In this document: positions 25,553-37,482 of the stretch, piece by piece
How the letters are laid out: every line of letters begins with the position of its first letter
Position numbering within the stretch: the first letter of the stretch is position 1
Assembly (NCBI GenBank): GCA_043228905.1
Contig: JBHGNT010000012.1
Location: forward strand, 9,672,001-9,736,000
Direction: 5' to 3'
DNA: 64,000 nt
From: Azolla caroliniana
Taxonomy: Eukaryota; Plantae; Polypodiophyta
The notes under the pieces: model-generated
The model's input: the letters and a program-made list of their open reading frames with translations, nothing else
Databases searched by the model: none
Told to the model about the DNA's origin: nothing
Program-made: the position numbers and the translations under genes

Positions 25553-26204
25553 TGTCCTGTCTTTCGGCTCTGGATCGTTGCGTGAGTCGGGTGGGAACCA
25601 CTGAGGTTTTGGGACTAGGAGAAAGAAGAATATGAGGTAAGGCTAGTAATGAATACGTAGAAAGAGAGGTAAGTTATGAATCGCATGAATCCCATGAGTT
25701 TAGTGTATTTAATCAATATTTAGATAGTAAGAGACAATTTAGGTAACAAAGTGTTGAATCCCACAAATATATTATATTGGTCAATTCATACATAATAATC
25801 AACAACCATATACATTTTTCTATCCTCCTTATATAGCTTTTTCCACTATGCTTTTATTTCCTAAATATAGTGCTCATACACCCTAGATGTGCACGAGTAT
25901 TTTTTTATTGGTTTATATTTTTCTTGTAAATAAAGTATTCACACACTGTAAAAATGCATGATTTACCTTTTAATAAAGGTAGGCATAAATAAAAGTCTTA
26001 TACCTATTAAATCTATGTTTATAACACTTTTGATAAGTTAATACAATGGTAAAGTTTTGGTTTATTTACATGGAGGTACAGGGTTTGAATCCTACCATAT
26101 CCATGTAATAAATATTTTAATATTTTCTTTTATTTATATATTTGTACTTAAATCGGATATATTATTTTACATTTTTTACGTAGTGTGCGGACTACACTAC
26201 GACA
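25553..26204 (-). repeat. 5' LTR of Gypsy copy B (652 bp)
   Basis: TGTC...GACA ends; adjacent to the PBS; homologous to 6077-6573 and to the termini of 62273-62527. Confidence 0.85.
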
Positions 26205-26208
26205 CCGG

Positions 26209-29200
26209 TAATCCACGCGGACACGGATCTTGTTGTTCTTCTTCGGCACTACGACAATGGGACTTAGCCAAGTGGCTTTCTTCACCGGCCGGATAAAGCC
26301 GACTCGGAGCAGCTTGTCAATTTCCTCCTTTACTCTTGCCGCGTAGTTTGGGTTAATCTTATAGCGTCATTGTGCCATCGGCTTAGCGTCCTTGCTGAGG
26401 TGTACCGGACGCGCTTTTGGAATTCTTTTAATAATGTTATCATTGCCGATTTGTCTTCCGGTGACATCTCCTTAGCCACGTGTACCGGACGCGCTTCCTT
26501 TCTGGTGCCCAAATTTACTTCTTCTAGTTGGGACACCTTTACTCATTAGGATACCGGCATTTCCCGTTCCAAGGCCTCCTGTGCTTGCTGCAATTCCCTG
26601 AGTGCATCCTTATCCGGTTCCTCCCCGTCCTCTTCCATTTGCACCACGTATGGAGATACCGCTTCTAGCACGTCCACTTCGAACAGAGGGACTATCCTTG
26701 GGTTCTCTTCAAGGTAGAGATCCACCTCCTTGTTGGCCTGTCTTGCCAACATGTTCACGCTTTCGGTATATAGTGGGGTCACATCTTTGTTGGGGCCAGC
26801 TTGCGGTTGCGTGGGTACTCTTACTTTCATTTTCCCTCTGCGGAACGTAATATTGTTTTTCTGCCAGTTCTGTTTGATATGGGCCGTCTTCAGCCATCAT
26901 CGTCCTAGTAGTAGTGGGTATGCCCCTTGAGCGTTCAACTGGAGGACTGCCGCAAAAATTCGGAAAGCATGACCTCTAATCGACACCTCCAAGTCCTGGA
27001 TCAAGCCGGCGGGTCGGAATGAGCTGGTGTCCGCCATCCAGAGCCAGAATGGGCATGGTTCCTACTCCTGAATTCCCAAAGTGTTGCATGTCCAGAGGCT
27101 TATCACGTTTACTCCTGATCCACCATTGCCTATCGTACCCGATAGCTCCCATCCTTTAATAATTGCAGTGATTGCAAGTCTGCTGGTGTCCACCACTATT
27201 GGTCCTTTCTCCGGATTTGAAAAGAATGCCGGAGCCGGTGTAGGACTTAACAGAGCCATTGTCGATTTCAACCCATCAGTGAACCAGGGCACTAGTTGTA
27301 GTAACCGGCCCAGTGGTAACGTGATTTGGCATTGCTGAAGTGCTTGCCATGTGGGGTTCTTTGGTTGTGCCTTTACGGTGAGTTCGTCCACTGCATTCAT
27401 GTGCTCTTTCATTTCGGTGACATTGCGTTCGTTGGCATTTTCAATCCATTCAGTGGTCTATTTTCGTATGGCCTCTTATGCTTCTCACTCCACCGTCTTT
27501 CCTTTTGATCTAGTGGTGACTTGCTGTATATCCGCTACTTCTACTACCACCATATTGACTGTCGGCCATTTTTCGTTCCTTTTACCTAGGCATTGGTTGT
27601 TGTAATGGTCCTCCTTGCAGCAACAGTAGCCATATGCCTTCTAGGTATTGCTAGATTCTGCTTTTGTTTGGTACCCTATTGAAATCCGTTTACCGCTCAG
27701 TTAGGTTCTTCTATTCTTCTTTGTTCTGGTTGGGTGCCACTTATGCATCTATCCGTATCCATTGGTACTCCTTTGGTGGATCCCAATGATCCTCTTTCCG
27801 AAAGATCCGTTTCTTAAGAAAGCGTCTGTTCTTGTAACCTTGCCGGTGCCGGTCTTCGTTGTTTTCTCATTGCTCCTCCCTCCTCTAGTTGTAGCTTGGA
27901 GAGTAGTCGTGACCATACCGGTCATAAGCATCCCTTCTCTGGTCGTAATCTGGTGAGTAGTCCCATTCATATCAATCTCGATTGTGGTCTTCCCTGCGTC
28001 GGTTGTCGCGATCGCGCCCATATTCGTCGCGTCTTCTCTCATTGTACCGATCACCACATTCTGGTCGGTATCGGTCCTCCCTCTGGAACCCTTCGTCGTC
28101 CTATTCGTGACTGCTACGTGGTTCAATGTTCCTCACCGGTGTCGTTTGTCAGTTGAGCAAGTTGTACTCGCATCAGTCCTTTGTGTGTGCTAGTCGGTAT
28201 CGGTCCTCCCTCTGGAACCCTTCGTCGTCCTATTCGTGACTGCTACGTGGTTCAATGTTCCTCACCGGTGTCGCTTGTCAGTTGAGCACGTTGTACTCGC
28301 ATCAGTCCTTTGTGTGTGCCCGTGAGTGGTAGATCATACATTGCGTCCTAATGGCCCGGGTTTAGACACGTTGTGCATTGCAACGCCTAGCGAAACCTAA
28401 GATCCTCCTGATTTGGAAGGGCCCTCTATAGGGCTCCCATCGTCATTAGGGAGCTATGTTTATCCATTTCTAGCACCCAATCGATGAAATGATCCATTGT
28501 GCTGGCCCGAAAATCTAGTACCCTGCACATCATTCGGAGGGGTTCCCGTAGAGCGGACAGAATGATCCGGAGGTGCCCTTGTTAACTGGCTGTGTAGTGT
28601 TTGAAATCTGATGATAAATTAGGGCACTCTCTCCTGCTCGTCTTGGCGGGTTGTGTAAAACTGTCTGACTAGTTCGCGCTATGCCACTTGCCTATGGAAT
28701 AGTTGGAGGAATTTTGTTTACAAGGCCTCAAATGTGGCAAAGCTTTCGGGTGGGTGCTTTACGTGCTAGTGGGCCGCCGGTCCCTCAAATGTCATGCCGA
28801 ATTCGGCAATTTTTTATCGTTCGGCCTCCGGTTCGGTCAGCCTTTGGGATACATGATTCGCTTCCCCTGTTTGTAGGAATGCATAGACGGTACTTCGAAT
28901 ACGGGTATGGCATGGCGTAGTCTTCGGGAGGTTGTACCGGAGATGTGTGGTTTAGTTCTTGCTCTGCGGGAGGTGTTGGTGCGCGGTTTTCTTCTGTCTC
29001 CGCGGGTGGTGTTGGTGGGCAGTTTCCCGCAGTCTCCACGGGTGGTGTTGCTGCGCGGTTTTCCGCTGTCTCCGCGGGTGGTGTTGGCGCGCGGTATTCC
29101 ACTGTCTCCGCGGGTGGTGTTGATGAGCCGTCCGATTCATCGTCCGGAGTATCGTGCCTCCTTTTGTAATTCGACTGAACGCTTTGTTCACTATCTGATT

Positions 29201-29545
29201 CTGACTCTAAGGCCGAGAATGCCTCCGAATCTCCATTGCCTCCGGCAAGCGTCCGTAGTCGCGCTTCAGCCTCTTGCAGGCTCATTAGACTACTGCCCCC
29301 GTCGGAAAGTTGTTCCGTTTGGAACTAAAGTTCTTCCACGACCCTCCAAAGCACTCTGGGAAAAGACCGATCCTATCGGATCTCCTCGGACTCATATTGG
29401 AAGGTTGCCCGCCTTTGCTGTCTTTCGGTAAGTCTTCTTCCTCGTTCGGTGACTTGGTCGCTGGTCGGTCGAGACATCCATGCCCCGGTGTTCTCTTCTC
29501 ATTACAGGAATCGTGATCGCCAAACACTTCACCAAAGGGTTGTAC
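26209..29545 (-). pseudogene. Decayed Gypsy gag-PR-(RT start) fragment of a different family
   Basis: MPYPYSKY gag start, degenerate PR (IGNGGSGVNVIS), LEEVNLG..PVHVAKEM pre-RT motif. 39-bp Pro-rich repeats at 28960-29125 and a 127-bp tandem duplication at 28067-28319. Confidence 0.7.
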
Positions 29546-29982
29546 GGGGAGATAAGTAGTTATTTCATGAAATGTTTGGTAATGCTAGATTATTTCAATT
29601 CTCTAAAGACAACTATGGGATTTGATACCACACCTTTACAGATTGCAACCTATATCCAACGCCTTAGACCACTCAGCCAAATTGTCGATGGATTAACGAC
29701 ATCAAAGGAAGTGTACACTTCATAAAGTGGCAAAAGTGTGTTAATAAAGAGAGTGATATTTTCCGTGGTGTCAATTTAGGTCACTGTGCAACAATGTTAA
29801 GCATATCAATGTGCAATGCAAGCACTAGATCTAAGAAGGAATGTGTTTAAAGTTTTCTAGCGCCCTATTTTGTACAAGAATAAAATATGTTTAATGTTTT
29901 CTAGCGCCCTATTTTGTACAAGAATAATGTAGTAGTTATTTCATGAAATGTTTGGTAATGCTAGATTATTTTAATTCACTAA

Positions 29983-30062
29983 TGACAACTGTGGGATTTG
30001 AACCCACGCCCCTTCGGATTGGAGCCTAAGTCCAACGCCTTAGACCTCTGAGCCAAATTGCT
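29983..30062 (-). pseudogene. trnL: tRNA-Leu(UAG) pseudogene
   Basis: Anticodon arm TTGGA-CTTAGGC-TCCAA and B box intact; 5' acceptor strand and D arm mutated. Confidence 0.75.
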
Positions 30063-31170
30063 ACTATGTTGATGACATCAAAACCTGTGCACAATTGATA
30101 AAGTTGCAAAAGAGTGTTAAAAAAGAGAGAGATATTTGAAGTGGTGTCAATTCCAGTGGGTTGGCAACAATGTGTAATGCAAGCACTAAATCGAAGAAAG
30201 AATATGTTTAAAGTTTTCTACGGCCCTATTTCGGAGAATAATAACGTAGTAGTTGTTCCATAAAAAGTGTGGTAATGCTAGATTATTTCAATCCACTAAT
30301 GACAACTGTGGGATTTGAGCACACGCGTCTTTTTATTGGAGCGTAAATCCAAAGCCTTACACCACACGACCAAATTGTTGACAGGTTGATAACATCAAAA
30401 GAAGTACATCATTGAGAAAATCGCATAAGAGTGCCAAAAAACCAAATGATATTTGAAATGGTGTCAATTTCAATTACAAAAAGAGTGTTAAAAAAGAGAG
30501 TGACATTTTCACTGGGCAACAATGTTAAAATCGAGAGTGTTCAAATGCCCTTTTGGATTGGAGCCTAAATCCAACGCCTTAGACCACTCAGCCAAATTGT
30601 CATTGAGTCAATGACATCAAAACAAATGCACACTTGATAAAGTTTCAAAAGAGTGTTAAAGAAGAGGGTTATATTTTCAGTTGTGTTAATTTTGGTGCCT
30701 CGGGAACAATGTTAAGTACATCAATGTGCAATACAAGTACTAGGTCGAAGGAAGGACACAATTAAAAAATATTATGGCCCTCTTTTGTACAAGGATAACG
30801 TAGTAGTTATTTCATGATATGTTTGGTAATGCTAGATTATTTCAATACTCTAATCAACACTATGGGATTTGATATCATGCCCTTACGGATTGCAGCCTAT
30901 ATCCAACGCCTTAGACCACTCAGCCAAATTGTCGATGGATTGACGACATCAAAGGAAGTGTACACTTCATAAAGTGGCAAAAGTCTGTTAATAAGGAGAG
31001 TGATATTTTCAGTGGTGTCAATTTAGGTCACTGTGCAACACTGTGCAATGCAAGCACTAGATCTAAGAAGTAATATGTTTAAAGTTTTCTAGCACCTTAT
31101 TTTGTACAAGGATAATGTAGTTTTTATTTCAGGAAATTTTTGGTAATGTTATATTATTTTTATTCGCTAA

Positions 31171-31250
31171 CAAGAACTGTGGGATTTGAACCCACGCCCT
31201 TTCGGATTGGAGCCTAAATCCAACACCTTAGACCACTCGGCCAAATTGTC
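31171..31250 (-). tRNA. trnL: tRNA-Leu(UAG), near-intact copy (acceptor mismatch, possibly a pseudogene)
   Basis: GACAATTTGGCCGAGTGGTCTAAGGTGTTGGATTTAGGCTCCAATCCGAAAGGGCGTGGGTTCAAATCCCACAGTTCTTG; A and B boxes and long variable arm present. Confidence 0.6.
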
Positions 31251-31444
31251 GAGGTGTTGATGACATCAAAAGAAGTACAAATTTAACTCAATGGGCAACA
31301 ATGTTAAGCACATCAATGTGCAATGTAAGCACTAGGTCGACGAAAGGACACAATTAAAAAATATTATGGCCCTCTTTTGTACAAGGATAACGTAGTAGTT
31401 ATTTCATAAAATGTTTGGTAATGTACATTATTTCAATTCTCTAA

Positions 31445-31524
31445 TGACAACTGTGGAATTTGATACCACGCCCTTACGGATTGGAGCCTAAATCCAACGC
31501 CTTAGACCACTCGGCCAAATTGTC
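31445..31524 (-). pseudogene. trnL: tRNA-Leu(UAG) pseudogene
   Basis: Acceptor, D and anticodon arms intact; T loop mutated (GGTATCAAAT). Confidence 0.75.
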
Positions 31525-32479
31525 ATTGAGTCGATAATAGCAAAACAAATGCACACTTGATGAAGTTTCAAAAGAGTGTTAAAAAAGAGAGTGATATTTT
31601 TTGTGGTGTCAATTACGGTGTCTAGGCAACAATGTTAAACACATCAATGTGCAATGCAAGCACTAGGTCGAAGAAAGAACACATTAGGATTTGAGATAGG
31701 AAGTTGGTTGCAAAAACCAAGAACCATAATAATTTAATTTCACCAAAAAACTACGACCAACCATCCCCAACAAAGGTTCCTTTCAAATGTTCGTCCTAGC
31801 CAAGATTGTTTTCAATTGAAAAGCATTTGATGGTTGTACCTTAGTGGTTAGAAGTCCACGTTATGGTCATGGAGACCTAAGCTCGACAAACAATGAGCTT
31901 GGCATTATACATTGTTATCGGAGGGCCTTGACCCATATTATGTATCGAATGTGTACATGGATTTGTGTTTGCAAATGCAAACAACCATAATAATTAATTT
32001 GAGCAAAAAAATTGACTCAGTGGTTAAAATTCGACGTTGTCGAAGTCGAGAACTGCGCATGAATCCCATGGAAGGCCCCGAAAATCAATGTACATTCACG
32101 TGCGAAAATTGTTAGATTTTGAATTGGGTAGGGTATGAAGTTGGCATATCCTTAGTTATCATTTTCCCCATTACAAAATATTGTGACGAGTGCAATCATG
32201 GCTCCTATTTCATATAGAATGTGCACATGTATTTGTCCATGGCTTTATCGAGACTTGCGTTATATGTTATATAGATTGTGTACATGAATTTATTCACGCC
32301 ACATAGGAAGTCAACTCTTAATGATTAGAATTGCATATTTATGGATGCCTTTATCGACACTGTCCTAATATTGTAGATAGGGTGTAGTTATGAATTTATG
32401 CATGCAACATGGGAAGTCAGTACTTAATGGTTACACCTCCATGTTGCGGTTACACCTCCAATTTGGCAACACAAACTCT

Positions 32480-32551
32480 ATGGTTGTAGTTTAGTGTCTA
32501 AAATTTCACGTTGTGGCCGTGGAGACCTGGGGTCGAATCCCAACAACCACC
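32480..32551 (+). pseudogene. trnH: tRNA-His(GUG) pseudogene
   Basis: GTG anticodon retained; D-loop GG lost and first base mutated. Confidence 0.75.
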
Positions 32552-33391
32552 CCTAAAATGAGTCTATGTCAACTTGTAAAATACTTCGAATCCCAATGCA
32601 TTTGAGATAGGAAGTTGGTTGCAAATACCAAGAACCATAGCAATTTAATTTGACCAAAAACCTACGACTAGCGATCCCCAACAAACGTTCCTTTCAAATT
32701 TTCGTCCCAACCTAGATTGTTTTCAATTGAAAAGCATTTGATGTTTGTACTTTAGTTGTTACAAGTCCACGTTATGGTCATGGAGACCTAAGCTCGACAA
32801 ACAATGAGCTTGGCATTATCCATTGTTGTCGGAGGACCTTGACCCATATTACGTATCGAATGTATACATGGATTTGTGTTTGCAAATGCAAATAACCATA
32901 ATAATTAATTTGAGCAAAAAAATCGAGTCAATGGTTAAAATTCGAGGTTGTCGCAATCGAGACTTGCGCATGAATCCCATTCAAGACTCCGAGATTCAAT
33001 GTACATTTACGTGCGAAAACTATTAGATTTTGAATTGGGTAGGGTATGAAGTTGGAATATCATTAGTTTTCATTTTCCATAATAATGTCACAAGTGCAAA
33101 CTTGGCTCGTATTTCATATAGAATGTGCAGATGTATTTGTCCATGGATTTATCGAGACTTGCGTCATATGTCATATAGATTGTGTACATGAATTTATTCA
33201 CGCCACATAGGAAGTCAAGTCATAGTGATTAGAAGTCCATATTTATGGATTTCTTTATGGAGACTTCCCTCATATGTTATATAGAGTGTAGCTATGAATT
33301 TATGCATGCAACATGGTAAGGCAGCACTTAGTGGTTACAACTCCCTGTTGCGGTTGTGAAGACTTTGTTCCAATTTGGCAACACAAACTCC

Positions 33392-33463
33392 GTGGTTGTA
33401 GTTTAGTGGTTAGAATTCCACGTTGTGGCCGTGGAGACCTGGGCTCGAATCCCAGCAACCACA
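33392..33463 (+). tRNA. trnH: tRNA-His(GUG), apparently intact
   Basis: GTGGTTGTAGTTTAGTGGTTAGAATTCCACGTTGTGGCCGTGGAGACCTGGGCTCGAATCCCAGCAACCACA. Acceptor GTGGTTG/CAACCAC, anticodon stem CCACG/CGTGG and T stem CTGGG/CCCAG all pair. Plant cytosolic type. Confidence 0.88.
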
Positions 33464-33594
33464 CCAAAAGTGATTCTATATCAACTTGCAAAATTCTTTG
33501 AATCCGAAGTTGGTTGCAAAAACCAAGAATGATAACAATTTAATTTGAGCAACAAACTACAACCAACTATCCCCAACAAAGGTTTTCCTGTAAA

Positions 33595-34265
33595 TGTGTG
33601 GAAGGCACTTCTTGTCCGGTCCAGTTCATCTTCCCGTGACCAGTCCGGTATTGCGCGCCTCGGCCTCCTCGGTCAGCTTGTCTGCTCAACAGGCCCATTT
33701 CAGCTCCCTCGCTACTCTGACTCCGACGCTTGTCGACCCGTCGGTTCCTTCGTGTTGGCGTCGACTTCCGCTGCGTCCGTGTCCGCTTGGCCTTTAGTTC
33801 ATCCAGCTTCTCCGAAACTTGAACCGAAACAGTTTCCTTCGATTCGTTCTAGCTCTTGTCTTTATTGGTTGCTCCCGATTCGTTCTGGCTCTTGTTTGAG
33901 TCAGTGTTCTCCAACTCGTTTTCCGGTTTCAGGCCCTTCACCATATCAGACCATGTCCGGGTGTTAGCCTTCTGCTTCTGGTCGTCTCTGTCCTTCTTGA
34001 CTCTACCGCTGCTACCGCTCGTTCTGACTTGTTCGGATGTGCCAACTTCCTTCGTCGACTGGACTTCCTTATTCCTCTTGTCTCCCCCTTTGTTGGTTCT
34101 TTCTTCCTCTCCAGCTCCTTGTCCGGTGCCATCCGTTCCCTTTCCTTTTCTCCCCCTCAAGTGCGGCACGTCAAGATGCTGAACACCAAGCATTTCGGTG
34201 AAGTCCTACAACTTGTCCAATTCGAGCGGTTTGGTGAAGATATCAGCAACTTGCCGATCCGTCTG
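33595..34265 (-). mobile_element. Ty1/Copia 3' fragment (RNase H end plus charged extension) related to 44203-55219
   Basis: ADIFTKPLELDKL..LGVQHLDVPHLRGR matches the end of ORF 53482..54837. Confidence 0.75.
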
Positions 34266-34299
34266 AACCTAAACCCGCAAATGCACAAAGTGATAGTGG

Positions 34300-35256
34300 A
34301 CTTCTATGTTTGGTAATGCTAGATTATTTTAATTTGGTAACGACAACTGTGCCATTTGAACCCACGCCCTTTCGGATTGGAGCCTAAATCTAATGCCTTA
34401 AACCACTCGGCCAAATTGTGATTGTGTTGATGACATCAAAACATGTGCACACTTGATAAAGTTGCAAAAGAGTGTTACAAGAGAGAGAGATTTGAAGTGG
34501 TGTCAATTTCAGTCAATGGGCAACAATATTGAGCACATCAACGTGCAATGCAAGTATTAGGTCAAAGAAAGGACACGTTTACAATTTTTTATAGCCCTTT
34601 TTTGTACAAGAATAACATATTTGTTATTTCATGAAAGGTTTGGTAATGTTAAATTTTTTCAATTTTCTAATGACAACTATGGGATTTGAACCCACGCCCT
34701 CTCGGATTGCGGCCAAATTGTCATTGTGTCGATGACATCAAAACAAGTACACACTTGATAAAGTTTCAAAAGAGTGTTATAAAAGAGTGATATATTAAGT
34801 GGTGTCAATTTCAGTGTCTAGGCAACAATGTTAAGCACATCAATGTGCAATGCAACCACTAGGTCGAAGAAAGGACACAATTAAAAAAATTTAGGGCCCT
34901 CTTTTGTACAAGGATAACGTAGTAGTTATTTCATTAAATGTTTGGTAATGCTACATTATTTCAGTTCTCTAATGACAGCCATGGAACTAGATACCAGGCC
35001 CTTACAGATTGGAGCCTAAATCCACCGCCTTAGACCACTCAGCCAAATTGTCGATGGGTTGATGATATCAAAGGAAGTGTACACTTAAATCAAGTGGCGA
35101 AAGAGTATTAAAAAAGAGAGTGATATTTTTAGTGGTGTCAATTTAGGTCACTGTGCAACATTGTTAAGCATATCAATGTGCACTGCAAGCACTAGATCTA
35201 AGAAGGAATATGTTTAAATTTTTGTGGCACCCTATATTGGACAAGAATAACGTAGT
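34300..35256 (-). repeat. tRNA-Leu(UAG) array, 3 copies
   Basis: Copies at 34341-34420, 34671-34722 (internal deletion) and 34973-35052. Confidence 0.9.
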
Positions 35257-35730
35257 TGTTATGTACACATAACGTTGGTGAGGGTAGGTCACTAATATTT
35301 ACATTAGTGAAGGGTATGTTCACTATTATTAAAAAGGGGACTAATGATTGGATAGAATGAATGATATGTGCATGCACTATCATGATTTAGACAACCAATG
35401 AATAGAGAGCCTTTTAGAAAGGCACATCTATTCAAGGGGCCTAGGAAAAGGTATAAATATGAGGCTTAGCTACCCTCATAGGGATGATCACGTCGGAAGG
35501 CTGCTGTCGTAGACACCGGTGGTGCGGGCTAGGCTTTCGTCTCGACGATCGTGTTTATCTCTTCCAAGGTATTAGTCATCCTAATATCCGGCGGTATGGG
35601 ACGTCGGTGGTAGGTTGGCTATGTCTAGATCATAGCTCGGGGGTGGTCGGGTGGAACGGGTTCTTCTATCCAATCTATTTTCTTCCTTTTTACTTGATTT
35701 GGTCTATTGATTAGTAATAGACTCTTAACA
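35257..35730 (+). repeat. 5' LTR
   Basis: TGTTA...TAACA followed by G-TGGTATCAGAGC. Confidence 0.95.
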
Positions 35731-36149
35731 GTGGTATCAGAGCTTTTACTAACAATTTTTTTGTTGTTTTGATGTTTTTTGCGTGTGAGCGAGGGGGATC
35801 TAACAAGGCTCGTCATGCTCTTCTCAGGATCAAAACAACACTCTAAACCCGGTATTCTTCTTTTTTGATCTCTTCTCTTTTTCTATTATGCGTTCTTTAT
35901 GGTCGAATCAAATTGGTATTACGTTTTATTCTCTTTCTTTCTACCTCCTACTACGCTACGATTTTACTTATTATTATGCATCGGGCCGAGCGTGTTCGCA
36001 CTAATCGCACACGCTCAACTCATGGCCTTTTGCATATTGCGATATATATCCCACTCTCTCCTCTCTTGAACTCTTACGATAATAATTATTCTTGTGCATT
36101 GGGTCGAGCGTGTTTGCTCTAATCGCACACGCTTATCTCATGGCCGTTT

Positions 36150-36500
36150 TGCATATGATGTTGAGTATACCACTCTTCCCCTCTATCGAGCCATCACTTG
36201 GCCGATTCTAAGGGATGATGTGGCCTTGACGAGGTGTATGTTGCCTACCTATGCCACTCTACTCTCTATTAAGCCATCAATTGGCCGATTCTATGGGATG
36301 TTGTGGCCTTGACAAGGTATATGTAGCTTACATATGCCACTTTCCTTTTTAATTAGCCATCAATTGGCCGATTCTAAGGGATGATGTGGCCTTGACGAGG
36401 TATATGTCACTTACCTATGCCACTTTCCTCTTTAATTAGCCATTACTTGGCCGATTCTAGGGATATGTGGTGGTCTTGAGGAGGTGCATGTCAACTACCC
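36150..36500. repeat. About 75-80-bp tandem repeats in the 1.7-kb 5' leader
   Basis: TTGGCCGATTCTA..GGGAT..TGTGG recurs 4 times. Confidence 0.8.
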
Positions 36501-37482
36501 TAGGGTTTCGTATCTTAGGGCATGTTTGATTCCATACACCTAATTGTTGATTATTCTAATTAAATTTTAATTTCATAAGTATTGTTTCACTTATATGATT
36601 TTCTAGTAATTATTATTTACCCGCCCACAATTAACTCTCCTTTTTCCACTTCCTTTTCATGTATAAAGTATTTACATCGTTTATTTTAATGTAACCTTTA
36701 CGTGTAGACTAATTTTTCGTATGGAGTGGCTTGTTGAACGATTTTTTTTTCAACGGGTCATCTAGGTTTAACTCTTATCATCAAGCCTTAGAAAACGAGT
36801 AAAACCATATGAGTTCCCTTATTGATGTTTTACTCATGGATTGAGTATTACATCGTTGCGCACAACACTGTCATCACTTGTATCAATTTGTGGCTTATGT
36901 CACAATTGTGCAAGTTATAACAATCATATTGGGATGTATATGTGCATACCTTGCACTTCCCATTTATTTGTGACATTGTTTTTTTCGTAGGTAACACATG
37001 GGTTCTTTTTTTTTACCCTTGTTTTCGTCACTACTTAACTCTTATGAGTAGTGCCTTATTTTATCATTTTATCATCACGTTTGCTTATTGCTCGCAAGAC
37101 TAGAATATTACTTGTGAGTGCACTTGTTTTTTCACGTAATACACTTTCTCGACCATATAATACATGATGGGTTGGCATTAATATAAGGCTATCTAGGAAA
37201 TTTCATTGATGTAAGAACCATGGTTGAGCCTCGGGGAGCCGCCATGATTACTCAAGATAGAGATCCGAGAAATACATCTTAGCTATGTTTTCCCCCATGG
37301 TTTTTAAAACACCATAGTGTTACCATAGTTATCGGATCTCGAATCACATCTCATATGTCTAGAGGGGTAAAGACATGAGATACTTTCTTGGATAAAGTTC
37401 TTTCAATCAAAATTTCAAGCATTCATTTTGCTTGGGTATTTTCTGAACCTCCTTATTTTATTGCATACCCACAACGTGCATC

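Larger units (their letters stand above)
21800..26204 (-). mobile_element. Ty3/Gypsy copy B: 5' LTR, PBS, gag, PR and the N-terminal part of RT, truncated and fused to the LTR of copy A
   Basis: LTR 25553-26204 and PBS 25531-25548. RT stops after LPQGTTNLV and runs into LTR sequence. Right flank CCGG. Confidence 0.85.
29555..31685 (-). repeat. Tandem array of tRNA-Leu(UAG)-containing units, 7 degenerate copies
   Basis: Copies at 29607-29686, 29983-30062, 30300-30379, ~30540-30601 (partial), 30854-30933, 31171-31250 and 31445-31524, with homologous spacers. Confidence 0.9.
31686..33592 (+). repeat. Tandem array of about 910-bp tRNA-His-derived higher-order units (about 2 copies)
   Basis: 31690-32600 is repeated at 32600-33590; main His copies at 32480 and 33392. 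Confidence 0.9.

Noticed and set aside
25590-25602. Alternative PBS TGGTTCCCACC after a CA
   Set aside because: Lies within the LTR as defined by the solo LTR at 62273; the 18-nt tRNA-Trp match at 25531-25548 is far better
33300-33501. Small ORFs over the tRNA-His
   Set aside because: Spurious translation of the tRNA gene (GFEPRSPRPQRGILTT is the reverse tRNA)
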